From: Octopus sinensis
Lineage: Eukaryota
Reading direction: 5' to 3'
DNA: 64,000 nucleotides
NCBI RefSeq assembly: GCF_006345805.1
Contig: NC_042997.1
Coordinates: 99,758,001 to 99,822,000, forward strand
The notes below the pieces were generated by a model that was not told the DNA's origin, searched no databases, and saw nothing but the letters and a program-made list of their open reading frames with translations. The translations under genes were made by a program, and so were the position numbers. Positions 52,706-64,000 of this stretch are shown one piece after another. Each line of letters starts with the position of its first letter. Position 1 is the first letter of the stretch.

Positions 52706-53125
52706 AAGGCAGCGAGCTGGCAGAATTGTTAACACACCGGACGAAATGCTTAGCAGTATTTCGTCTGCCACTACGTTCTGAGTTCAAATTGCGCCGACCT
52801 CGACTTTGCCTTTCATCCTTTCGGGGTCGATTAAATAAGTACCAGTTACGCATTGGGAGCAATATAATTGACTTAATCCGTTTGTCTGTCCTTGTTTGTC
52901 CTCTCTGTATTTAGCCACTTGTGGGTAGTAAATAAATAGGTATTTCATCTGTCTTTACATTTTGAGTTCCAATTCCGCCAAGATCAACTTAGCCTTTCAT
53001 TCTTTCGGGGTCAATTAAATAAGTATCAGCTGCACACTGAGGTCGATGTAATCGACTTCATCCCTTTGTCTGTCCTTGTTTGTCCCCTCTATGTTTAGCC
53101 CCTTGTGAGCAATAAAGAAATAAGA
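52706..53125 (+). mobile_element. Two tandem family B SINEs
   Basis: Full head at 52706, second body from ~52940. Both end ttgtctgtccttgtttgtcc.ctct.tgt.tttagcc.cttgtg.g.a.taaa.aaata. Confidence 0.8.
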
Positions 53126-53693
53126 AGTTATGTCTGTGAATACACTGCTTTACCCCTGCTTCATTAAAGCCATATATCCACAACCAAGGATACAAAAGGT
53201 ATACTGTGCATCTGTTCAGACACTGTCGATTTGACCGAGAAAGTGAGCTAATGTACAGCACACACATTTGATCACTATAAACAATTCACTTGTGCAGGTC
53301 CTTCAGCTAAAACCAAACTGTCAAACATTCATCATCAACTGGCGATTCCATCAAATTATATATATATGTATATATATATATATATATTATATATATATAT
53401 ATATATATCATCATCATCATCATCGTTTAACGTTCGCTTTCCATGCTAGCATATATATATGTATGTATGTATGTATATATATATATATCTGTATATTCAT
53501 ATACTATATTTGAGAATGGGTTACAAAGATAACAAAATGCAAAGCAGTAGCAGCAGCACACAGCCCTATCTTACCCTACTCTATCCTATAGCCATCAATG
53601 GGTTTAATCCTGGAGACCTTATTATTTTGTTTGCTCATCTATTTTATTATTCCTTAACTATTTTTGTTTTGTTTTTTATTTTATTTCCATTAG

Positions 53694-53745
<52 letters not shown>

Positions 53746-53915
53746 ATTATTACTACCATTGCTACCTACTACCACCTCATCATCATCATCATCATTGCCA
53801 TCTTTATTGTCTTTTATATGTATAATCTTTGCTAACCCCATTTTGTTTATGTTGAGTACTACCCTCACAGACATGCATACACAACCACATAAGCACATTC
53901 CTTTACACACACACA

Positions 53916-53970
<55 letters not shown>

Positions 53971-55291
53971 ATGCCCAAAAGAGTGGCATTGCTGACATTT
54001 AAAAAGCAGAAACCAAAAACATTGACACACGTACAAACACACTACCATCACAAAAATCCTTATCCTGCATACACACACACACACACACACACCACACACA
54101 CACACACACACAAATACACACACATACACACACACATACACACACACAACCTGGCAAAATGCAAAATAATGATAAAACATCAACAAAACTACAGCAACAA
54201 CAAAAAGACCCAAAACACCCCTGTAAAAAAAAAAGAAAATACCAAAAAAAAAAAAGAAAACAACAAAACAAAACCCCCATGTTGAATATGATAAAATTGT
54301 TAAATAAAAACTGAAGCAACAAGTAAGGAAGGAAGACAAATAGACAAACTGTTGCCATTATACATGTCTTTCTTTGGTGTACTGTTTGAAAGCATTACCA
54401 TTTTTTTTATACTGACAACTACAATAAGAATTCAGGATAATGTCATTTTGTTGTTGTTGTTGTTGTTGTTGGGGGTAACAAAGCTAGTAATGGTTCTTGT
54501 GTTCAGCCTCAGATCAGCAACTCTGAGCAAGCAGTCCTATGTTCAAATGCGTTTCTGCTTGGACCATCCCAGCTACTTTTGTTTAGTTCTTTTTTTTTTT
54601 TTGTAGTCTTTTTGGTTTTATGGCATGACATGATTGAGATTTGGTTGATATTTCTAGCATGTCGGATAACCATATAAAAGCATCTTTGGGCTAGCCCCTG
54701 TTTTGTTGACTCCTGTGAGCTCCCTCCTTTGTTTCAAAGTAGTGGTGGTGATGGGAAGTGCATAGGTAGAGAGAGAAAGCAGGGGGAGGGGACATTGACA
54801 TTCATTCAGGTTGCTATGGTAATGAAAATAATTTAAAATAAACCCCCCAAAAAATAGAAGAAAGTAATGTCTAAGAGTTAGCTAAAACAAATAGCTAAGT
54901 GAACATACACCTCCAGGCGTAAACCATTCCTACCCACTAATTTCCATATATATCAATATAGATGGCAATGAGGTTGAGTTAAAACGTTCACTTCCCAACC
55001 ATGTGGTTCCAGGTTCAAGTCCCACTGTGTGGCACCTCAAGCAGGTGTCCTCTACTATAGCCCAGGGGCCAATGTCATGTGAATAGATTTTGTAGATGTA
55101 AACTGTAAGAAGACTGGCATGTGTGAGCGTGTGTTTATGTATGTGTGTGTATATATATATGTGTATGTATATATATATATATATATAATAAAACTTTATA
55201 TATAAAGAACGTGAAATACACGAATTGACGAACACGGAAAACAGACAGTCATTCAGAGCCTTCATTCTTCAGTCAGAAACCGATTCATCAT

Positions 55292-55332
<41 letters not shown>

Positions 55333-56155
55333 TATATATATGTATGTATGTATACACACACACATATATATATATAACATAAGGTCATATATGAGAGGTG
55401 AAGAGATGTATTTTTCCATGACTTCTATATGATTACAGCTGTTTTGTAACCTCCTGCGTGTAGTGTTAATTCCAGTATAGGAAATTACACATACATGTTT
55501 ACATCAATATCTATCAATGCAAATAAAGAAAAATTAACTCATCTGATCATCAGAATTCCTAGCCCTTAAAAATCATTGTAGGGTTTATTTTCAGAATAGG
55601 TCTCATTTTCAGGGAAACGCAGTACATACATATATACATACATACATACATACATACATAATGTTGGGTGGCACATATATGTTATATGTGAATGTGGGGA
55701 AGCAGGTATGGCTAAAGAGTTGAAGTTAACTTTGCAATCATGAGAACCTGGATTCAGTCCTGCTGTACAGCATCTTGAGCAAGTGCATTTTTCAAAGACT
55801 TGAGTAAATGAAAACTGTATGGAAGCCTATCTGATGGAATCTATCTGATTCAGCTTGAGAATTATGTTGGAGATAATCATGTCTATGGAATACTCAGCCA
55901 CTCAAAAGTTGATTTTTCACAAGTAATTCAGTTGGTCAAACAATTGAATGCTCATTACCCAAATTTATCTTCGTTGTGTATTTTCTATACGTATTTCTAC
56001 AGTTGTTGCTCTGATGAACATTCTGACCGAGTATTCTCAGTCAAGATCTTTAAAAGTATCATCTGTTTTTCTTTCCAGATGCATCGTTTCTCTGTTAAGC
56101 TTCATTTTATGAGAATGTGTGTGAGAGTGTGTGTGAGTGTGAGTGTATGTGCGTC

Positions 56156-56222
<67 letters not shown>

Positions 56223-56416
56223 TATATATAATATATATATATAGGAAGGGGTTGGCATTAGGAAGGGCATCCAGCCGTAGAAACACTGCCAGATCAGACT
56301 GGGACTGATGCAGCCTTCTGGCTTCACAGACCCCAGTTGAACCGTCCAACCCATGCTAGCATGGAAAGCGGACGCTAAATGATGATGATGATATGTATAT
56401 AAACTGCCATGTGCAA

Positions 56417-56466
<50 letters not shown>

Positions 56467-56871
56467 TAAACAGTAAAAATAATTACAGACATGGACAAGA
56501 ACATGAAACACCACAGAGACGACACAAGAACCACAGGACGGGACATTCGAAGCCCTCAGTCATCAGTCAAGAACCAGATCATCTTAGCAATTTCGGCTGA
56601 TTAATCTTGAAAATTTATATATATATATATACATATATATAAATATATATAAACTGCCATGCGCAAGACATATATATATATATGTTTTAAAGACATATAT
56701 ATATATATATTTGCAAGACATATATATATATATAAACTGCCATGCGCAATGTGTTACCGTAAAGGAAAACTATAATTGTCACTAAATGCATCTAAGGGTG
56801 CTAAAATACATTAGTGACTTGCTAAATCATCCATAAATTTTTATGGTGAATATATAAATGGTGATAGTTAA

Positions 56872-57099
56872 TTAACCCTTTAGCATTCAAACCAGCCATA
56901 TCCGGCCAAAATATTTAACCTGTTTTATATTGAAACTGACCAGATCTCGCCTCTCACCTCAGCCCTACCATGTCATTCTAAAACTAAAAAATCACATCAC
57001 TGAAATCTCTAAACTACAAGATAATGCATGATTAATTCAAAACAATATAAATAAACAAACATCACATTTGACAGAATAAGCTGAACACTAAAGGGTTAA
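56872..57099. mobile_element. piggyBac-type MITE (220 bp) with TTAA target duplication
   Basis: TTAA|ccctttagcattca ... tgaacactaaaggg|TTAA. 14-bp TIR with 2 mismatches, TSDs at 56872-56875 and 57096-57099. Confidence 0.75.
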
Positions 57100-57389
57100 G
57101 CCTGGAATCAGCCAAGTGAGTGGTCCTTACAGATGATGCTATGGAAATAGGTGAAACTGATCGGTCAGTATAAGGAAGTCTTGAACAGTGTTTTGGGTGA
57201 TTACAGTCTCTCTCAGCATATATGTATACAATTATGTGTTTTAACTACAGCATTAAATCATTTTAGGACTTATTTCTAGCAATGTTCTATCACTCTTAGT
57301 TGCATTTAGTGACAGTTATAGTTTACCTATATACATTGACACATCACATAATAGACAGATATAGACATATATATATATATATATATACA

Positions 57390-57480
57390 TGTAAATTAAT
57401 ACGTTACTATTATTCAATAGCCAAGATAAAACTCAGAGTTTTATCTTGGCTATTGAATAATGGTAACATATTAATTTACA
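57390..57480. other. 91-nt hairpin (44-bp stem, 2 mismatches, 3-nt loop) inside a larger inverted-repeat-flanked AT-rich element
   Basis: tgtaaattaatacgttactattattcaatagccaagataaaact-cag-agttttatcttggctattgaataatggtaacatattaatttaca. Outer inverted pair attgacacatcacataatagacagatatagacat (~57334) / atgtctatatctgtctgttatgtgatgtgtcaat (~57787). Confidence 0.8.
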
Positions 57481-57755
57481 GATAAATTTTCTCTATTTAC
57501 ATAATATATAATATTGAGGTCTCTTTCTTTCTTTTGTTATCTTACCGTTTTTACCAATATATATATAAATTGGAAAAAAAACACCTTTTATCAATTCAAT
57601 AATGAAAAATTATTAAATTATACCATTTAGAAAAATTACATATTATAGAAAGATTAAATATAAGATGAAACATATAACAATGATTAAGTAATGTGCAAAA
57701 TAGTAAGTAGTAAGTTTGGAATAATATTCCCTCATATTATATATATATATATTAT

Positions 57756-57788
<33 letters not shown>

Positions 57789-58284
57789 GTCTATATCTGT
57801 CTGTTATGTGATGTGTCAATATGTGTTTGTATATGATGTGTTTGTCCATCTCCATGTCCTATGTGTTTATGCTTGAATTTATAATGTTATCAGCACCAGC
57901 TGAAAGCAATCAATGTAAAACGTTCAACCCCATTCCCAAGAACTTAGAAGACACCAACCAGTAGCACTTGCCAGACTGAAACACCTGGAGACAACCATGT
58001 TAACATGATCTGTAGAGGCTAGCAAAGAGGAAGAGCGAAAAGACTAAGACAACCGAGAAATGATCAAGACTTCCTCCTGCAATGAAAACAATCACCAGAG
58101 GATTAATGGAGCCAACACTGCCCCCAGAATTTGTATTTATTTGTTAGTTTTACATCAAATTACACCATTTTACAGGATTAATATCATATTTTACCCACTT
58201 GGTCACTGGGTGCCTTGTTTTATTTACTATTCACTAAATTGCCAGCTTTCAGACTATTCACAGCTCTCAGTTCTCTCCCTGCAG

Positions 58285-59345
58285 TTGTGTGATAAGAAGC
58301 TTTCTTCCCAACCAGATGGTTCCGGGTTCAGTCACACTATGGGGCACCTTGGGCAAGTATCTTCTACTATAGCTTTGAGACAACCAAAGCTTTGTAAGTG
58401 TATCTAGTAGATAGAAACTGAAAGAAGCTGATCATATATATGTATACATACATATATATACACATCTATATATATTCTTTTATTCTTTTATTTGTTTCAG
58501 TCATTTGACTGCAGCCATGCTGGAGCATCACATTTAGTTGAACAAATCGACTCCAGGCTTTATTCTTTGTAAGCCTAGTACTTATTCTATTGGTCTCTTT
58601 TGCTGAACTGCTAAGTTACAGGGATGTAAATACACCAATATCAGTTGTCAAGCAATGGGGGGAGGGCAAACACAGACACACACATACATACATAGACACA
58701 CACACAGACACACATAGACAAACACACACACACACACACATATATACGACGGGCTTCTTTCAGTTTCCGTCCACTCACAAGGCTTTGGTCAGCCCGAGGC
58801 TATAGTAGAAGACACTTGACTGAACCCGGAACCATGTGGTTGGTAAGCAAGCTACATACCAGACAGCCACTCCTGCGTGCATACATATATATATATGGTG
58901 GGGCAGAGTCTTTATGTCTGTGTTTGTCCCTCATCACTGCTTAACAACTAGTGTTGGAGTGTTTACATCTCTATAACTTAGCAGATTGGCAAAAGAGACC
59001 AATGGAATAAGTGCCAGGCTTAAAAGAAGAAATAATAAGTACTGAGGTCGATTCATTTGACTGAAAATTCCTCAACGCAGTGCCCCAGCATGGCCGCAGT
59101 CTAATGATTGAAACATGTAAAAAGATGAAAAGAATACATATATATTCTTTTATTCTTTGATTCATCTGACTGTGGTCCTGCTGGAGTACCGCCTTAAAGG
59201 GTTTTAGTCAAAGAAATCAACCCCAGGACTTATTCTATCAGTCTCTTTTTGCTGACCCACTAAGTTATGGGGGACATAAACACACCAGCATCAGTTGTGA
59301 AGTGATGGCAGGGAGACAAACAGAGGCACAAAGACACACATGCAT
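58285..59345. mobile_element. Cluster of alternately oriented family A SINE pieces (+ 58285-58430, - 58465-58880, + 58900-59130, - 59140-59345)
   Basis: Same consensus segments read in opposite orientations within about 1 kb. Confidence 0.7.
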
Positions 59346-60253
59346 AAACATAGTGCCGCCTTGACTAGCTTCTGTGCTGGTGGCACGTAAAAAGCACCAA
59401 CCGATCAAGGCTGTTGTCAGCCTCCTCTGGCACCTGTGCCAGTGGCACATAAAAAGAACCCACTAAACTCATGGAGTGGTTGGCGTTAGGAAGGGCATCC
59501 AGCTGTAGAAACACTGCCAGATCAGACTGGAGCCTGGTGCAGCCTCCTGGCTTCCCAGACCCCAGTCAAACTGTCCAACCCATGCTAGCATGGAAAGTGG
59601 ATGTTAAACGATGATGATGATGATGATGATGATGTATATATTCCATGCCTGTGGAAAATCCACAAGTGACAAATGTTCAGTTTTGTTTGAAACAAAGAGT
59701 ATTAACAGAGGTGAAGTGAATAAAATGCATCATCACCATCATCATCAGCATTTTAATGACCACTTTTCCATGTTCACCATGGTCAGATGGAATTCAATAA
59801 GTAAATTTTGTATGACCAGATGCTCTTCCTGTCACCAACCCTTTCGCTTGTTTCCATGCAAAGTAATATCATCCCATGGCCAAACATGTTCTCACGGAAT
59901 ATTGGAAATGATAGACACTACTTGTATGAGATGGCACTCACTTATAGCTTTTATATGAGGTGTAAACAAAGACAGACAGAGAGGTGGGTAATTATGTGGC
60001 TAAACAAATTAGATACACCAAATATATTAAATATATATTTATACCCAAACTAACATATTTAATATATTTGATGTATCTAATTTCTTTATCCACATAACTG
60101 CCTCTATACCCACTCAAATTGATCCCTCTCACAGCCTTTCTTTCCCTTGTTGAATGACCTCCTGTAAAGACATCAGAGTCTAAGTTTGAATCTTTTGAGT
60201 ACTGTTAAGTGTCTTCTATACAAACCATCTCTGGATCTCATCTGTGAACTATA

Positions 60254-60284
<31 letters not shown>

Positions 60285-60597
60285 CATGACAAGTTTCTCT
60301 TAGCTTTCATCTACCAAATCCACACATAAGGCTTTGGCCAGCTACAGTAGAAGTGGGACTGAACCTGAAGCATTGTGATTGGGAAGTAAACTTCTGGACT
60401 ACACTGCCATGCATGTTCCTCTTTCAGCTGGCATGCCATCGGTTATGATGATGAGAGTTCTACTTGATCCAATCAATAGAACAGCCTGCTTGTGAAATTA
60501 ACATGCAAGTGACTGAGCATTCAACAGACATGCCTACCCTTGATGTAGTTCTCAGGGAGATTCAGCATCATACAAGGCCAAAATTTGAAACATTATT

Positions 60598-61458
60598 GCT
60601 ATTATCTCGGGAAATTCTAGGCGTTGACGATAACGAGCTGAGCAGTCTGTTCAGGACTTTCAGGCCGGGGCCAATGGATAATTTCGAGAGGTCCCTTGCC
60701 TGGCAGTGTTACCGATGGGCTCTGCCTGTTCGAGATAAACTCTACCAGCATGGAAATGCTGTCAGCCGGACCTGCCCGAGGTGCTGCCAGGACGATGAAA
60801 CCGTCCTGCACGCACTCATCCAGTGTCCGAGTATTGCTGAACTATGGGTTTATGTCAAACAGCTACTGTCACATATAGGACGGATCCAGCTATCAGCTGA
60901 ATCCATAGTGAAGATTGCCCCGCTGACCTTCTTTAACCAGGAGGGCAAGGCAGTTTTCCTTTGCCTAGTGGCTGTAGTGAAAGAGGTGGTATGGTGGACC
61001 CATTTGGAAGGGCTAAGGTCAGACACTTTCCTCTTTGGCCCAGGCCTCATCAACTTTTTCAAGTTTCACTTGAAAAGGAAGATGAGAGTAGAGAGGGAAG
61101 TGCTGTCCGATAGCAAGTTTAATGAAAGGTGGATAAATGTCGCAAGAATGGCCAGTATGAAAGGAGCCATTCTGAGGATACACCTGTAATTTAAAAAGGT
61201 ATTACAAAAGGAGAAAGGGGCTCTCTACCCACCTTTTTTTGACCAGGCTCCCATTGGCTTTTATGGGTTTTTCCACCAGGAACCTTTCGTAACGCCTCTC
61301 CCTTTTTGGGAGATTTTCATTGTTATAATCTTTCGTTGTTAAACTGCTTTTTTACTCGATTTTACAAACGGACAAAACCCTTGGTAACCTTTCGTCCTGT
61401 TTTGTCCCTTTATGTTATAATTAATTTTTATCAGCCCTTGTGGCCAATAAAAGGATTA

Positions 61459-61506
<48 letters not shown>
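60598..61506 (+). mobile_element. 5'-truncated L1/Tx1-clade LINE: ORF2 C-terminus (to stop 61187-61189), 3'UTR, (TAT)n tail
   Basis: ~195 stop-free codons with SLAWQCYRWALPVRDKL and the zinc-knuckle CPRCCQDDETVLHALIQC (Cx2C...H-x4-C) typical of L1/Tx1 ORF2. AATAAA at 61446-61451, then (TAT)n. Confidence 0.85.
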
Positions 61507-61507
<1 letters not shown>

Positions 61508-62412
61508 TTTCTTAATTAATTGTAGTGATGTCTAAAGCAAACTAAAGAACAAAGGCTAAAAATATATACTCTTATGTAATAAGAAGCCTTCATTGTGAAC
61601 TATAATTTTATAATGTAATGTCTTTGATGTAATCAGATAAAAATCTGATCTTGTAGTTTGTTATTGTTACAAAAAAATAAGCAAAGGATTGTGATGAGAG
61701 CCAAACACAATGCTTTCATCATCATTCTTGACTATAATCAAATAAAAACGCCTATTTTATCTTGTCTTATGCATATTCTGTCTGCAACAAAATATATGTC
61801 TTCCAAAATTTGACTTCAGACATACCCAGATGCATACATACTTTCAAACACATACAGACACATACATGCATACACATAATACATACACATAAATGTTATC
61901 TACATGAGAACCTTCATGAACCAAAGCCTTTTTCTCTAAATATATGCACATTGAAAGAAAAAAAATCTATTCTTTCAGCATTTCATTCCATGAGCAGACA
62001 TACCTATATCAACTTACATAAACCATAAACTGCATTGTCCAGAGAATAATACAACTTACTAGTTACTTTTTCAAGCATTCCAGAAAAGTTCAATCACATT
62101 ATTCAAGGTCAATCACATTATTCGTGTTATTGTCCCCAAATAGTGAGAGTGCAACTCACTTCTTACACTGGCCTGAATTCACTTATAATTTTGGCAAGCA
62201 TCTCAAGAACTTCTTCAGATCTACCTTCACATTTACAAACATTTCAAGCTAACAAAGATAAACAAAAGAAATAGCCAAAATTCACAGGTGGCATTCATAT
62301 ATGTAGTATCTTACAGCAAGTAGCTCCATGTCTACTAATCTGTCTCTACCACCTGAGAAAAAACATATAAAACATTATTATCATTATTATCATTATTATT
62401 ATTATTATTATT

Positions 62413-62472
<60 letters not shown>

Positions 62473-62473
<1 letters not shown>

Positions 62474-62575
62474 TAGAAGCTATACCTGGATCCTCAACAC
62501 TACACACTATCCAAAAAATAGTCCTGCTAGGAACATCCTATGCAAGACACTATCAATTCAATAATACGACCTAAA
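62473..62575 (+). mobile_element. R4/Dong-like non-LTR retrotransposon extreme 3' fragment abutting a (TAA)n tract
   Basis: VEAIPGSSTLHTIQKIVLLGTS then, after a small deletion, LCKTLSIQ*. Resembles the recalled R4/Dong ORF terminus (..IQK.VLLGT.HILRK.L). Confidence 0.55.
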
Positions 62576-63060
62576 CAAAACAATCTACAAACACAAGACA
62601 TTCTATATAAGAAATATCGAATGAAATAAACTACCACAAGCAGGCTATATATCCAATGAATTACACACACATCACACAAGACAAAGACTAATACAACAAA
62701 AGACTGCCCACACCCCATAAAAAAACAAAAGAAACTGACACAGCACAATACTGGGAAGAGTTAGCACACACCTCAGCAAACAAAAAAGAACACACAATGT
62801 TGCACACACCCCAGCAACAGGAAAGTGTAGCAGGTGATGCAGTAGAAATTTGCTTGAAACTACCAAATGTTTGATGATAATGAAGAAGGAGGAGGAGGAG
62901 GAGGAGGGGGGAGTGAGAAGGAGGTGGATGGGAGGAGGGGGAGGAGGGGGGAGGAGGAAGAGGAGGAGAAGAAGATAGAAGAAGAAGAAGAAGAAGAAAA
63001 AGAAGAAGAAGAAGAAGAAGGCAGTGGCGGCAACGGCGATGATGATCAGAAGGCATCGAG

Positions 63061-63271
63061 AGTAATGTAAACGAAATTGGAATAGAGCACCCAGTAGAAA
63101 TGTTACAAAAGGTTTGCCTCCTTGGCACGGCCAGAATAATCAGGAAAGCATTTGATAGTTGAAAAGAACAGATAACATAGTACTATAGGCTGCAGGCAGT
63201 AAGCCGCTATGCATGCAAGACTCCAGGAGTTCCAACAAAACTTGAGAAAAGAAAGAAATAATAATAATAAT
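63061..63271 (+). mobile_element. Second R4/Dong-like 3' fragment with (AAT)n tail
   Basis: SNVNEIGIEHPVEMLQKVCLLGTARIIRKAFDS*, then ~95-nt UTR and aataataataat tail. Confidence 0.6.
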
Positions 63272-63287
63272 AGTTGTTGCTGTAACA

Positions 63288-64000
63288 TATGAGGGGCGTT
63301 CAATAAGTAATGCCCCTGACCCACTTCCCATAGCAGTAGAGCAACGAAACTTTGCACAGTTATTAGTCTTTCTCTACATAGGAACCACCCAGAGTTACGC
63401 ATTTCTCCCATCGTTTGATGCAGCTCTGGAGACCGTTTTTTTTAGAAGACCCAGCTTGGTCCTCCAACCACGACGTGACTTCAGAAATCAAGGCTGCATC
63501 ATCTGGGAAACGCTTTCCTTTCAAAAACAACTTCATGGCTGGGAAGAGGTGAAAATCAGAGGGTGCAAGGTCAGGAGAGTAGGGAGGATGGGGAGGATTT
63601 CATAGCCGCACGCCTGTGCTTCTGATCTGGCGACAAGCGAGTTGTGGACTGGAATGTTGTCCTGCAGGAGGAGGATGTCTTTGCTGATCTTGCCCCGCCT
63701 CTTGATTTTAATAGTTTCTCTTAATTTCCTCAAAAGTGAAGCATAATAGGCTCCTGTAATTGTGGTACCCTTTGCCAGGAAATCTGTTATCACTACTCCG
63801 TCCTGGTCCCAGAAGACTGTGAGCATGACCTTGCCAGCGGCGGGCTGCACCCTTGCCTTCTTTGGAGGAGGTGAATCACGGTGCTTCCACAGCATTGACT
63901 GGGCTTTGGTCTCTGGATCATAGTGATGGACCCAGGTTTCATCCTGTGTAATCAGTCTTTTGAAAAATTTCGACTCATCTTCTTGGCACATCTCCAAATT
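63288..64000 (-). mobile_element. DD34D mariner transposon, 3' part (runs off window); transposase with a single frameshift, stop at 63363-63365
   Basis: LITQDETWVHHYDPETK...KVMLTVFWD...ILLLQDNIPVH...YEILP, then after a 1-nt deletion HPPYSPDLAPSDFHLF...GLQSCIKRWEKCVTLGGSYVEKD*. Spacing is D-34-D. Terminal TA|tgaggggcgttcaataagt at 63288. Confidence 0.92.

Noticed and set aside
60464-61189. 241-aa ORF as a host gene
   Set aside because: First ~45 codons come from a SINE-type repeat; the remainder is a LINE ORF2 C-terminus.
62140-62260. Minus-strand peptide CEGRSEEVLEMLAKIISEFRPV* as a possible upstream PGS1 exon
   Set aside because: Contains a stop, has no similarity to the expected PGS1 segment and lacks a matching acceptor.

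Overview
Eukaryotic, AT-rich, very repeat-dense genomic DNA. The SINE families, (TA)n/(CA)n/(TAT)n/(GAT)n microsatellites and transposon types look like a coleoid cephalopod, probably Octopus. This is inferred from recalled repeat families, not a database hit. One gene is confidently identifiable: two minus-strand exons of mitochondrial phosphatidylglycerophosphate synthase PGS1 (40039-39962 and 38056-37770), including the PLD-superfamily HxKxxxxD motif. I found no other PGS1 exons in the window. A candidate spliced gene of unknown identity lies on the plus strand (29961-30217, 33123-33299, 34078-~34600), possibly nested antisense in a PGS1 intron. The rest is mobile DNA: a fossil Helitron, a DD37D maT and a near-intact DD34D mariner transposase, CR1, RTE, Tx1/L1 and R4/Dong LINE 3' fragments, hAT- and piggyBac-type MITEs, and dozens of tRNA-headed SINEs. 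The most unusual structural signal is the number of fold-back sequences: a 479-bp inverted pair, a ~140-bp-arm palindrome and several 46-290 nt hairpins. I saw no prokaryote-type system (CRISPR, operon) and cannot claim a new biological system. The best leads are the unassigned antisense gene and the hairpin/dsRNA structures. Repeat boundaries were read by eye and are approximate unless a TIR, TSD or splice site is quoted. SINE family letters A-E are my own labels.
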